This document shows positions 10,883 through 21,277 of a stretch of 64,000 nucleotides of DNA, in pieces. Source of the stretch: a virus; the IMG/VR virus record IMGVR_UViG_3300035670_000137, positions 1 to 64,000 of that record; one strand, given 5' to 3'. Within the stretch, counting starts at the first letter, position 1; every line of letters starts with the position of its first letter. The position numbers were made by a program, and so were the translations under genes. The notes below the pieces were generated by a model. The model had not been told where the DNA came from. It made no database searches and saw only the letters and a program-made list of their open reading frames with translations.

Positions 10883-11564
10883 ATTTCACCATTTTAATTG
10901 TATTCTTTCTGTACGCTCCACCGTATACGTCCCTACTAGACAATCTATTATACATATGGTGTATAATTTTATTATCTCCAATATATACCGCGGCATGGTT
11001 AACTACAGGACTATGTATCTGCATTAGCAGACCTACTCCATAATCTAATTTATCTGTTTCCTCAAATCCGGCTTTTTGAAAGTTTTCTAGATAAAGGTTC
11101 TGGCCTTTATGCCACCATCCTTCATCTCTTTCGAAATCTGGGATAACTATGCCCATTTCTATACGGTACCAATCACGTACTAAAGCATAGCAATCTAATA
11201 TACCATGGCAGAACTCTCTACCTATCAATGGGGGCTCAAAACCCTGTGGAGCAAACTCATGCCAAGCATTGGCTGGAGTTGCGTATATATACCATGTTTT
11301 ACGAGTTTTTTCACAACTAGATAAATCAGCCACGCTTGGCATGGCTGATTTATTACAATGGCTATGGAAAATTCCGACTACTTCGCCTTGATCTTCAGCT
11401 TCAGCATACTGCACAGGATCTATAATAAAATTATGTAACTCTCTTGAGGTATTAATACATGGAAAGAATACCTCTTTACCTTTACGTATAATAACTAATC
11501 CACACGCTTCTCTAGGATACTCTTGCTTAGCTAAGGCTTCAGCCTCGATCTTCCAATCTATCAT
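10866..11564 (-). CDS. Tail tip assembly protein K (JAB + NlpC/P60)
   Basis: EACG, HSH..PS..D (JAB); DCYALV, HAAVY, IIHH (NlpC/P60). Confidence 0.92.
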   Translation of the reverse strand: MIDWKIEAEALAKQEYPREACGLVIIRKGKEVFFPCINTSRELHNFIIDPVQYAEAEDQGEVVGIFHSHCNKSAMPSVADLSSCEKTRKTWYIYATPANAWHEFAPQGFEPPLIGREFCHGILDCYALVRDWYRIEMGIVIPDFERDEGWWHKGQNLYLENFQKAGFEETDKLDYGVGLLMQIHSPVVNHAAVYIGDNKIIHHMYNRLSSRDVYGGAYRKNTIKMVKYVKRD

Positions 11565-12256
11565 CTTATAAGTCCTACTGAGGGGAATCCACCATAAGGC
11601 AATTCTGCGTTATTTCCCCATCTTAATTGGCAACTGGTTAATTTCTTACCACATACATCGTTAGCAGAATTGGTAGGGTTATCATTAGTGTCAAAATAGT
11701 TTGTACCTGTATAACCACATTCTCCACCACGATAAACCCATGCACAAGTATTTTGCACAATCTGACGTCTAGGTAATTGTACGAATGATACATCAAATTT
11801 TGCAGCTAATTCGAACTCTATTATAAGTTTATTTTCTGTAGCTTTTCTATCTACATAATAGTAATCTCTAGGTAGTTCAGCATTAGGGTCTGCAGTGGGA
11901 TTAGTTCCACTAGGGAAATTTACAGCATCTAAATATTTTAGAAGTGTTCTGATACGAGTTACTTTAGCACCTAACATATCATTATAGTCCCGTACTAACG
12001 TACCTATTAGACCACTAACATTGGCCACCCGTAGGGTTGGCCTGGGTAATTGACCTTTTCCACTAAATTCGAAGCCGCTGGCCTCAATAGGAAAAAAGTT
12101 ATACACATTGCCTTTCCAGGTTACGTTAGTTCCTAATTCATTAAGTCCGTTATGGAAGCGTATTGTATCGCCCTTAAAACCCGTTGGCAGATTTAACTCA
12201 AATAACTCTATAATACTACTTGGATTAAGGGATCTTAAATCTTGAGATAGTGTCAT
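11561..12256 (-). CDS. Minor tail protein L
   Basis: C.W.YRGGECGY...CGKKLTSC Fe-S cysteines, LPYGGFP. Confidence 0.92.
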   Translation of the reverse strand: MTLSQDLRSLNPSSIIELFELNLPTGFKGDTIRFHNGLNELGTNVTWKGNVYNFFPIEASGFEFSGKGQLPRPTLRVANVSGLIGTLVRDYNDMLGAKVTRIRTLLKYLDAVNFPSGTNPTADPNAELPRDYYYVDRKATENKLIIEFELAAKFDVSFVQLPRRQIVQNTCAWVYRGGECGYTGTNYFDTNDNPTNSANDVCGKKLTSCQLRWGNNAELPYGGFPSVGLIR

Positions 12257-12630
12257 AGTGGATCAAATACCTGTACAAAAGTAGTAGAAAGCGTTCTACT
12301 AATAGGAGAGGAATACTCTACATCCCAACCTTCTGGACATATTACTTTATACTGGGTAGTCTCTCCAGGTGGAGTCCAATAGAATGGATCAGTACCTTTC
12401 TGCGTCTTTAGAAAGTTTTCTATATTAGCAATTACAGTAAGAGACTGATCCTTCCAAGTTAGCTTCCAAGTAGCTGGCATATAATTTATGCCAGCTACTA
12501 CACGCTGTTCATACCCATCGCCAAAGGCTACTCTATTGATAGTAGTTTTAGTATTTTTAGTAAATCCAATACTTGGAAATATTGTTTTACCAGTACTATC
12601 AACAATTGCCGTATTAAAGTTACTAGGCAT
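12253..12630 (-). CDS. Minor tail protein M (distal tail)
   Basis: FGDGYEQR...FYWTPP motif. Confidence 0.88.
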   Translation of the reverse strand: MPSNFNTAIVDSTGKTIFPSIGFTKNTKTTINRVAFGDGYEQRVVAGINYMPATWKLTWKDQSLTVIANIENFLKTQKGTDPFYWTPPGETTQYKVICPEGWDVEYSSPISRTLSTTFVQVFDPL

Positions 12631-15600
12631 ATAGTAATCCTCCTGGACGTTTCTGCTTAACTATTTCATCCTTAACCATGCCAGATATATTCTTAGCAAA
12701 TTGATCTAGATTTGGTGAAGCGCTAGCTGTACCCTTCGCATCTGTCTCGCCGGTTTCAGCATTGACAGTAATAGATATATTAACATCTCCACCGCCGCCA
12801 CGAATACCAAGATTACCGCTGGCATCACGTTTTAGTGGAAGAATAGCTTCTGGGCCGGCTTCGCCCATAAGTCCTGCGCCTTTCGCGAAGGCGAACATAG
12901 TAGGTGAGGATACTACAGTTCCTGAGTACTGGGATAAGCTTGGTGAATTAAAGACGCCGCCTTTTGCTACAAAGGCCATAGAGGTCAGTATATCTGGGGC
13001 AACATTCTGTGCACCTATCATCTCTAGACCAAACCCACTACTACCTGCGGATCCGCCACCAAATAATCCAGTTATACCTCCTAGTATACCTTTAGCCCCT
13101 CCTCCTGCCATTGATAGGGCTGAACTTAAGGCTGGTACCAGCCAACCGAATAGTCTTTGCAAAGACCCGGTGGCAAATTCAAATACTTTGGACATTCCAG
13201 GGAACATAGTATCTATAGCTTTTCCAAAGCTTCCCACAGCTGTATCAAAAAATCCTGTAGTAGCTGTCTGTTTGTTTACTATGCCTTCTTGTTCTGCCAG
13301 CATTCTAGCTTGTTCGCTATTAGGGTCTATACCATATTCCTTCGACATATCTTCAATACTTCTAGAAGGTATATCTCCTGCTGAAGCAATAGGCGTTTTT
13401 CCTCTGATCGCGTCCTCTAAACTCTTGAGAGCGCTGATAAGGGCATTTTGTGCTTTATCGGCTTTAGTTTCTGGAAGAATACCACTAAGAGCATCTTTCC
13501 ATGCATTCTTCATTACCTGTGAAGCTGCATCTCTGAAAGCATTAGATAGTTCTGTGCGGGCGAAGTCAATCATGCCCTTCATAGTTAGTTCTGACTTCTG
13601 CATCATATCAAAGAACTTATCAATAGAATTATCTGTAGCAGCTATTAGGCCTTCGTTAAATACAGAAGCCGCTGACTGCGCTGCGCGGCTGGCCGCGCGA
13701 ATTTTGTTGGTGAAATCTTCAGCAACCTGGCCCATATATTCACCAGTGAATCCCTGACCTGATTTCTCCATACTACGCATAGTTTCTTCTGTTTGTACTA
13801 ATGCTTTTTGGTACTCTGCTTGTAATATTATAGCGGTTTTATTAAGTTCATTAATTTTTTCTTGTTCAATACCTTTATCTTTTAATAATTGTAGTTCTCT
13901 CTCAAAGTTAAGTTTTAACTGATTGGCTGTGGTAGAATCTACTTGTTTTTGACCTAGAGCTGCGGCTTTGCTGGCTTCTTCTCTCATTTTGTCAGAGTAT
14001 TTTTTACGTATATCTTCTTCCTCTTTAGATAGAGCTAAACTTCTCTCTTTTGCATCTATTTGTAGATTTAAAAGATCTGTTTGCTTTCCAAACTCTATGC
14101 CCGAAGATTTAGAAATAACATTATTGCCTTCAAGAGTACTACTAATTGATTTAGCTGTAGAGATTTGTTGCTTTTTTAATTCTAGATTTAGACTTTGTAT
14201 CTCTAAATTACGTAGTATTTCTCGGGCTTCCACCTGTTTGTTTAAGTAATCTGTTTGTACTTTTAAAATATTATCAATACGTTTTTGTATATACTCTTGG
14301 TTTATGGTTTGCTTAGTAGCTTCTACCTGCAATTTTATAGCTTCTTCTGTTAATTTATATACTTTTTCATTCCCACCAGATTTATGCTTTTCTCTAGCAT
14401 CTAGCATTTCTTCTTCAGCTTTTTTATCTGCTAGGGTTAAGGCTAGCAGCTTGGCCTTGTTAAGTAATTCCTGAGGTATTAGTTTGTTTTTACGTTCGTA
14501 TATATCTATTTCTTTACTTACTTGATCTAATCGTGCCTTTCCTAGAGCTGACTCAGCTTGTAGTAAGTCTTTTCGTTGCTGTGTAGCCTCTTTTTGGGTA
14601 TCTTTTACTTTTATAATACCTTGTAGCATTTTTGCAAAATCCTCTGGATTACTGCCTTTCTTAGACTGCTCCAGTCTAAGTTCCTCTTCTAATTTTGCAA
14701 CAATATCTGTATGGAATTTTAAAGTAGCGGCGTCTAGTGCGAGATTACCTAACTTAACTTGCGTCTGTAACGTCTCTAGTACGCTCCTTCTGGCTTGTAA
14801 GTTAAATTCTAGCTCTTTTATCCTTAGTAATCTTGTTTGTACAACTTCTAATTCTTTTGTTATCCCTAAGTACGCTGTAATTTCTGGTGTAAGTTTAGAC
14901 AGAAAAGTATTATATACATTATTTCTTTGACCGGCGTCTACTTGGCTAATACCTTTTTTAAATTCTTCTATAGCATCATTAGCTTTACTTAAATTACTAT
15001 CTTTTATAGATTCTTTCTTTGACGCTGATAAAATTGCTTGTCCAAATTCTGAACCGGCTTTAGATATATCTTTTAATACAGATTCTGTATTCTTGGATTT
15101 TTTAGCCATTCTATCAAGACTATCCATAGCCATACCAACTGCAGTGCTATACTCTTCCCAGTTTTTTGTAGTATCCGCTACTTCAGACTTTAGTTTTACT
15201 ATTTGTGGTGCATCATTTTTATCTGCTTTAGCTAAAGCTGCATCTAATAACTTAAGTACTGCCAATCTAGAGGCATTTAACTGATTTGAGTCTAGTATCC
15301 CTTCTCTTTCAGATTTATAGTAGTTTGATACTTTTTCTGCCTCCTCCCCTAGCTGTGAGGATATAGAATCTAAAGTATTAGCGCGTAATGCCTGTAATGC
15401 TACTTCTTCTTCTATTGTTCTATTGGCTATACTATTTAACTTATTGTACTTGGCTAGACTAGCATAGGCTGTTTCTGCTATTTGGGCACTTTCTTCATGA
15501 GTTTTATTCAAGTCCTCGTTGCCTTTAGAATATAATCCCAAAGCTTTAGAGCCCCAATCAAATAGCTCAAATAAGATAGTTGCTGCTGTAGCTATAAGCC

Positions 15601-17572
15601 CTATAGCTCCTAATGCTTTATTAACTCCTGCTCCAATTGCTGATGCTGCCGTAGCAAATTTATATCCAGCTACTGTAGCCCCAACCATAGCCCTACCATA
15701 CCAATTTAATACTTGAGTAGTTCTTATAATACCATTAGACAAAGTTATCTGTGTTCTGGTAGCCTGCCCATTAGCTATTGCTTTCATTGTAGCGGCGGCG
15801 GCTACACGCTTTAATCCCATTTCTTGGGCACGTAGGTGTTCAGTACTACCCGATCCATGTAAATAAGCTGCCTGCTGTACATTGGATCTACTACGTAATT
15901 CTGCACTAATTAAACGAGAATTAGCTTTATCAGCAGCTAACTGTTTAGATATGTTGGGTTGACTATCTGGCAGAGGTTTATCACTAGTAGCTTTTCTTTC
16001 TTGTTCTAAACGTAATAATTCTTTCTCTTCAGCTATCTGATTATTTAAGGCACTATTAATTCTGGTAATATAACTTAGAGATTCTTGTAACTTTAATGCT
16101 CTTACCTGGGATAGATGTATCTCTTCCTCTAATAATAGTAGACCTTTTGTATTAAGACTATTAGATTGTCTTTCTTGATTTAATTGTACTGTCTTTTTTG
16201 CTATTATTTCGTTTTCTTTAGCTATAGATTGTGAAAGTGTTGTTTCTTTTGTTTTTAATGCTTTAATTGCTGCTGGGTTCTCTTGTAGTTCACTAAAAGA
16301 TCCAGCTTTTAAAATATTGGCTCTTACTTGTGTAGTTTTTCCAAATATAGGGGCTACCGCACTCTGAGCAAAAGATAATTCTTTAGCTCTCTGTACTTCT
16401 ACAAGTTTTTGTTGTGCTGTAATCTTAGATTTAATATCGGCTAGTTCTTTTTCTCTTAAAATTTTAGCATCACTATACGTAGATAATTTGGCTTGTTTAA
16501 TATCCTTTTCGGCATTAATAAGTTTATTTTTGGTAGCCTCTACTGCTCTAGGATCTACTGTAAATATTTTATTAATTTCTGGTATAGCTCTAGTTATTAG
16601 AGATTTTACCAAAAGTAATATACCTGCTACTACCAGGCCAAAATTATCTGCTAGTACTCCGGCTATTGGGGCTATTACCTTGTTGATAACATTAGCTATA
16701 TCAATAGCTGCATCTGTTACAGTAGCTAAAAGTTTTGTATATGGATTTATGTCTTTTAATTCTGCTGCGTCTTTAAACTTATCATTTAATTGTTTTTGTA
16801 CTGCTTCTGTATACGCTAACATTTTTTGATAACTAGTTAAGTTATCTACTGTTGTACCTAGGCTCTTGGCATATTCTCGCTGTGCTTCTGTTGCCTTAAC
16901 TGTTACACCTAGTTCATCAATTAGTTCTGGTTCTAATTTGGTAACACCTCTTATAACACGAGTAATAGAGTCTGACATATCTCTGCCTAAGGCTATAGAT
17001 GCCCCTTTGGCCCCTTTAGTTAGATTCTCTATCTGTTTACGTGTAAGGCCTGCAGAAGTTGCTAAAGTAGTTAATTGTAGGGCTTCTTTACTGCTGATGG
17101 CAAATTCTGTTATTTCCTTCATAGAATCGGCCATATTACGTATAGCTGCTCCAGTAGATGCCTCAAGTAGTTTTGCACCCTTTATCATTACTTCAAAGTC
17201 CATAGCAGACTTCAGCGCATTAAAAGCAGCACCTACAGCAAATATATTGGCAGCAAATGTAGCATATACGTGTACGAGCCCACCTAAGCCCTGCGATTGT
17301 TTGGCGAAGTCTCTGCCTGCAGCACCAGTTCCTACAGCCCCACGAGCTACGCCATATGAATTAAGTTCGTCGTCAACAGTGGCTTGTGCACGTGAGGCAG
17401 GAGCTGCTGCACGTGACGCGGCCGCACGACTTCCTGCCGTGCCACCGACATTCATTCTTGAAGCTGTTTGCTGAGCCCGGCTAAGATTTTGATTTAGCTG
17501 TTGTGCCTGTTGATTTACCTGCCCCAAATTGGTCTGAAGCTGTAACTGCATCTGTATAGTATTACCGGCCAT
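12623..17572 (-). CDS. Tape measure protein
   Basis: 1649 aa, helical; T5-like YATFAANIFA N-terminus and lambda-like GLMGEAGPEAILPL C-terminus. Confidence 0.93.
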   Translation of the reverse strand: MAGNTIQMQLQLQTNLGQVNQQAQQLNQNLSRAQQTASRMNVGGTAGSRAAASRAAAPASRAQATVDDELNSYGVARGAVGTGAAGRDFAKQSQGLGGLVHVYATFAANIFAVGAAFNALKSAMDFEVMIKGAKLLEASTGAAIRNMADSMKEITEFAISSKEALQLTTLATSAGLTRKQIENLTKGAKGASIALGRDMSDSITRVIRGVTKLEPELIDELGVTVKATEAQREYAKSLGTTVDNLTSYQKMLAYTEAVQKQLNDKFKDAAELKDINPYTKLLATVTDAAIDIANVINKVIAPIAGVLADNFGLVVAGILLLVKSLITRAIPEINKIFTVDPRAVEATKNKLINAEKDIKQAKLSTYSDAKILREKELADIKSKITAQQKLVEVQRAKELSFAQSAVAPIFGKTTQVRANILKAGSFSELQENPAAIKALKTKETTLSQSIAKENEIIAKKTVQLNQERQSNSLNTKGLLLLEEEIHLSQVRALKLQESLSYITRINSALNNQIAEEKELLRLEQERKATSDKPLPDSQPNISKQLAADKANSRLISAELRSRSNVQQAAYLHGSGSTEHLRAQEMGLKRVAAAATMKAIANGQATRTQITLSNGIIRTTQVLNWYGRAMVGATVAGYKFATAASAIGAGVNKALGAIGLIATAATILFELFDWGSKALGLYSKGNEDLNKTHEESAQIAETAYASLAKYNKLNSIANRTIEEEVALQALRANTLDSISSQLGEEAEKVSNYYKSEREGILDSNQLNASRLAVLKLLDAALAKADKNDAPQIVKLKSEVADTTKNWEEYSTAVGMAMDSLDRMAKKSKNTESVLKDISKAGSEFGQAILSASKKESIKDSNLSKANDAIEEFKKGISQVDAGQRNNVYNTFLSKLTPEITAYLGITKELEVVQTRLLRIKELEFNLQARRSVLETLQTQVKLGNLALDAATLKFHTDIVAKLEEELRLEQSKKGSNPEDFAKMLQGIIKVKDTQKEATQQRKDLLQAESALGKARLDQVSKEIDIYERKNKLIPQELLNKAKLLALTLADKKAEEEMLDAREKHKSGGNEKVYKLTEEAIKLQVEATKQTINQEYIQKRIDNILKVQTDYLNKQVEAREILRNLEIQSLNLELKKQQISTAKSISSTLEGNNVISKSSGIEFGKQTDLLNLQIDAKERSLALSKEEEDIRKKYSDKMREEASKAAALGQKQVDSTTANQLKLNFERELQLLKDKGIEQEKINELNKTAIILQAEYQKALVQTEETMRSMEKSGQGFTGEYMGQVAEDFTNKIRAASRAAQSAASVFNEGLIAATDNSIDKFFDMMQKSELTMKGMIDFARTELSNAFRDAASQVMKNAWKDALSGILPETKADKAQNALISALKSLEDAIRGKTPIASAGDIPSRSIEDMSKEYGIDPNSEQARMLAEQEGIVNKQTATTGFFDTAVGSFGKAIDTMFPGMSKVFEFATGSLQRLFGWLVPALSSALSMAGGGAKGILGGITGLFGGGSAGSSGFGLEMIGAQNVAPDILTSMAFVAKGGVFNSPSLSQYSGTVVSSPTMFAFAKGAGLMGEAGPEAILPLKRDASGNLGIRGGGGDVNISITVNAETGETDAKGTASASPNLDQFAKNISGMVKDEIVKQKRPGGLLYA

Positions 17573-17614
17573 ACGTACCTCGCTTTTTTCCGATACGGAA
17601 TTTCATTTTTCATA

Positions 17615-17645
17615 TATTATAGCACTGCACCTAGACAATGTCAAT
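17615..17645 (-). promoter_or_regulatory. sigma70-type late promoter for tape measure operon
   Basis: TTGACA-N17-TATAAT on minus strand. Confidence 0.75.
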
Positions 17646-17679
17646 GATAAATTTTTTAATGCAAAAAAGCCCACCAATT

Positions 17680-18051
17680 TTACTTGGCAGGCTTTTTTGC
17701 ATTAATTATACTAGAACGAATATTATCGATTATTTGAATTATGGCGAAACAGGTTTTTCTATCTTCTATCTCTGCAATACTAAATACATCGCTAATACCC
17801 GACATTACTTTACCCATATATACGCCATTCATTCCATCCCAATTATCTTGAAGCATATTATACACCATAAGGGCTTCTTGGACATCATCGGACAGATCAT
17901 CGTATTCTACAGGTATTTCTGACTCAACTGGTTCGTTACCCAGAGCAGCACACATTTCGAAATAAGTATCCTTAGTTACCTTTGCTTCCGCATTAAGGTA
18001 AAAGGACTTTATTTGCTCTTGGAGGGCGCTCCACTGGGCTGCTGAAAATTT
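17680..18051 (-). CDS. Tail assembly chaperone, frameshift extension (gpT-like)
   Basis: -1 frame open from slippery A-AAT-TTT (18045-18051) through ORF 17680-17955. Confidence 0.8.
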   Translation of the reverse strand, partial: KFSAAQWSALQEQIKSFYLNAEAKVTKDTYFEMCAALGNEPVESEIPVEYDDLSDDVQEALMVYNMLQDNWDGMNGVYMGKVMSGISDVFSIAEIEDRKTCFAIIQIIDNIRSSIINAKKPAK

Positions 18052-18440
18052 GAAAGTTCTGTGACTGTTTCGCTAACAAAAGAATCGAAAGAGGCACTAG
18101 CCTTCATTAGATATAGAGCATTCTCTCTTGAATATCCTAATGTATCGTCTGGATCCTGTCCGGATACATCGACTGGAGCTAGTTGCTCGAGATAGGAAAA
18201 CTTTAGGCCTTTCCACCCTTTAATACTTGCATCTACATACAACTGTAAAAAGAGGTCGTCGTTGAGGCTTTCAACTTGTTGACGATTTTTCCATTCAATC
18301 TTTGTGGCCTTTTTTCTGATTTTCATTAGCTCTTCACGAGATAGGAAAGATAGATTTAATTTAAAATCTGGAAGACCAGGATACTCTACCTCTACATCTT
18401 TGCTAGGAACTAGTAGGCTCTTTAGACTTACTTCTGACAT
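18009..18440 (-). CDS. Tail assembly chaperone (gpG-like)
   Basis: Between tail tube and tape measure genes; slippery site near 3' end. Confidence 0.85.
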   Translation of the reverse strand: MSEVSLKSLLVPSKDVEVEYPGLPDFKLNLSFLSREELMKIRKKATKIEWKNRQQVESLNDDLFLQLYVDASIKGWKGLKFSYLEQLAPVDVSGQDPDDTLGYSRENALYLMKASASFDSFVSETVTELSNFQQPSGAPSKSK

Positions 18441-18510
18441 TTATTATATACCTTTTATTAAAGAAAAAAGAGGGCAGGCAAGCTTATAACCTGCCCCCGT
18501 AAAGCATCAA

Positions 18511-19989
18511 TTACGCTGCGTAATAACGTAGTGTAATGTCGTTTGTGTTTTCAATATCGTAAGCTGCGCCGGTTACACCGATTAGATCGCTTGCAGTACC
18601 TTGACCACTAAATGTAATAGCGGTAGATACAACATCTGCAATATCAACACTTGGTACGCCAATAACTGCACCAGGCATTTCTAGCTCTACACGAGTACCG
18701 TTGCTACTACCACCTACTTCAACTTGCAACCAGTACTTGGTTTCAGCTGCTGTAGATATGTTGGTTAACATATTAGCTAGTAGGTCTGCTGCTTGGCCTG
18801 TTCCAGTACGTAGGTAAGCATTAATAGTACCAGATACTGCACGAGCACCAGTGAAGTAACCGATTGGAGTATTAACAGTACCAATATTATTTGGAGTAAC
18901 ATAGTTAATATTGTTAGCAATCTGAATACTACCACCAGTTAGAGCAATAGTATAAGTAGCTGCACCAGTACCTACGCCACCTAGTGTAGACTTCAACTGT
19001 ACCGTTGATAGCTTATTAGTGATATAAGCTGCATCAGTTACCTTAGTTGTAAAGTTACCAGCTAGGCCACCTGTTAAGGTATTGCCTGACAATGTTACAG
19101 CTGAAGCTATGTTATTTAATAGTGTACCCTTGGCTGACCAAGCTACCATAGAGATAGCATCTAGACCGAAATCGATCTGGGCACTATCAATAGCGCAATT
19201 GTCAATAGTATACCATGCATTATCAACGTTAAAGATAAATCCAATAGGTTGTAGCTGGTTTCTATTAGAATGTGCAGAAGTTATTAAACCAAATGGTGTA
19301 GTAATGCCTGTAGCTGTTGACTGGTCATTCCAAGCAGATTGGGTAAACTTAACTGCTGAAGAAACTGTAACGTTAGCTACTGTAACTGCTGCTGATGCAG
19401 GAGGTGCTGTCAAATATGTACCAACTAAAGAAGAACTTGTGCTAGAAGTAACTTTAAATGGGGCATTATAAGGTGCTGCCGCTGTACCTGTTAGACCACG
19501 CATAGTATAAATACTATTAGCTGTTAAAGCCGTCATACCTGAACCACTTAAAGTAAAGGTAGGTGACGATGTAGTAGATCTAACTAAAGTAGTGGCTGGT
19601 GTACCACCTAATGTAGTTGCTGTAACTGTATTAGGAACACCATCAGTTGTTCCCTCAATACCTACGTAACCTAGAAGGGCATTCCATAGAACTTTTTCTT
19701 CTGCTCCAACTGTAGCAGTATTATTCTTTGGACGAATATAGGTAGAGAAAGATATTTCAACTGGATTAAGAGCTGTATTGAATGCTCTGGATCCACGAAT
19801 AGGTGTAGTACCTGCTTCATTAATCTGAACATTGGTATTGTTAGTACCTTGAGAGAAGCTGAAACCATCTAGAACTTGAATCTCCCAACAATTAGTTGTA
19901 GTAAAACCAGTGGTTTTAACTGCTCCAGTCGCTGTATTCAAGTTAGTAGTAACAAACACTCTACTATTTCTTGATAAATTATATGCCAT
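18511..19989 (-). CDS. Major tail tube protein (T5 pb6-like)
   Basis: LSRNSRVFV...WEIQVLDGFSFSQ...RGSRAFNTALNPVEISFSTYIRP. Confidence 0.9.
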   Translation of the reverse strand: MAYNLSRNSRVFVTTNLNTATGAVKTTGFTTTNCWEIQVLDGFSFSQGTNNTNVQINEAGTTPIRGSRAFNTALNPVEISFSTYIRPKNNTATVGAEEKVLWNALLGYVGIEGTTDGVPNTVTATTLGGTPATTLVRSTTSSPTFTLSGSGMTALTANSIYTMRGLTGTAAAPYNAPFKVTSSTSSSLVGTYLTAPPASAAVTVANVTVSSAVKFTQSAWNDQSTATGITTPFGLITSAHSNRNQLQPIGFIFNVDNAWYTIDNCAIDSAQIDFGLDAISMVAWSAKGTLLNNIASAVTLSGNTLTGGLAGNFTTKVTDAAYITNKLSTVQLKSTLGGVGTGAATYTIALTGGSIQIANNINYVTPNNIGTVNTPIGYFTGARAVSGTINAYLRTGTGQAADLLANMLTNISTAAETKYWLQVEVGGSSNGTRVELEMPGAVIGVPSVDIADVVSTAITFSGQGTASDLIGVTGAAYDIENTNDITLRYYAA

Positions 19990-20052
19990 ATTTTATCCTT
20001 TTAATATGGTTGTGTTCTTTTTAGCTTGACTAGATATTTATCTGTACCTGCC

Positions 20053-20493
20053 TTAAAGAACTGGGTATTGAACCGTAATATTTACTTCACCTACACCGTA
20101 TGGCTCTAGGAGTCCCTCATCCGTAACTATGGAATTGATCAGAATTTCAGTAGTTTGAGCACCTGCGGTTTCAGTATCGTATACTAGAGTTCGATTCGTA
20201 TCGATAACCTTCTCTACATCTTCTAGAAGGTTTTCTAATTCTTGTGCGGGATTCTCTCCCTTTACGTACAACTTAAGGGATATACCAAGGAATCCCCATT
20301 TAAATCCGGCAGGAAGATACTCTCTAGTTTCTGAACCTGTGGACATGTAGATAGCTGGGAAATCTGATACTTCGTCCCAGAACTTCAATTTAGGGTATGC
20401 ATTACTAAATATATTAGTATTATACCCACCTGAACCATCTATTAACTTTAATTTCTCTGCCAATGCTTTGGCTATTGATGTTCTTACTGACAT
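20053..20493 (-). CDS. Tail terminator (T5 p142-like)
   Basis: SIVTDEGLLEPYGVGE motif; position. Confidence 0.8.
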   Translation of the reverse strand: MSVRTSIAKALAEKLKLIDGSGGYNTNIFSNAYPKLKFWDEVSDFPAIYMSTGSETREYLPAGFKWGFLGISLKLYVKGENPAQELENLLEDVEKVIDTNRTLVYDTETAGAQTTEILINSIVTDEGLLEPYGVGEVNITVQYPVL

Positions 20494-21200
20494 ACTCTCC
20501 ATCCTTTATGAGATTTTCTATGCCCATTTAGTACAGCACCTAAATTTGTATGTTGTAAGTTATGCTGCTTGGCAAATTCTTTTATATTATCAATATTTGT
20601 GAATACTTCTCCTGTTGGAGATATTAGATTAGGATTTATTTTTCCCAGTGCCTTTGAGGAAAATTTATGTCCTTTATTATGTATACCTTTAATACTTTTT
20701 AAGATATCATACTTATATGGATACACTTCCTCTAACCATTTATAGTTACTTAAACTGGCTATACTTCTAACTGTATACACAGATACAGCTGTAATGTCTG
20801 CAATATCAGATGCAGTCAAGTGCTGTTCATCTACTAAAAGATTAAATACTTTAAGGATTTGTTCGTTAGAATATTTGGAACATGGATTGTTAGTACCTCG
20901 TAAACCTAGGTGGCCCCGTCGTCCTCTTGACTCATCATATGTATTAAAACCATTTAATACACTATTAAATATATCTATAGCAATATTTTCATTCTCATCT
21001 AGTGTAGACTCAGTACACTCTAATAATATCTTTAGCTTAGGAATACCATACAGATTATATGCTTCCATTAACTTTTCTGAACTTGTATTATTTTTAAGGC
21101 TATATTTATGTTGACCGAATCTATATTCTATATTATTAGATTGTCCTATATAAACTTTATCTGTACCTTCAAATTCTAAACAATATATACCTATTGTCAT
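20484..21200 (-). CDS. GIY-YIG homing endonuclease (start ATG 21200 after AGGAG)
   Basis: GIY...VYIGQS...RF..H; NUMOD-like C-terminus (SPTGEVF...HKGW). Confidence 0.85.
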   Translation of the reverse strand: MTIGIYCLEFEGTDKVYIGQSNNIEYRFGQHKYSLKNNTSSEKLMEAYNLYGIPKLKILLECTESTLDENENIAIDIFNSVLNGFNTYDESRGRRGHLGLRGTNNPCSKYSNEQILKVFNLLVDEQHLTASDIADITAVSVYTVRSIASLSNYKWLEEVYPYKYDILKSIKGIHNKGHKFSSKALGKINPNLISPTGEVFTNIDNIKEFAKQHNLQHTNLGAVLNGHRKSHKGWRVCQ

Positions 21201-21277
21201 GGTTGTTCTCCTGAAAGAAATTGAGGGCTGTTGTTCAGGCAACAGTTAACGGCTCATGACTTCCGAACCCTCTTAAA

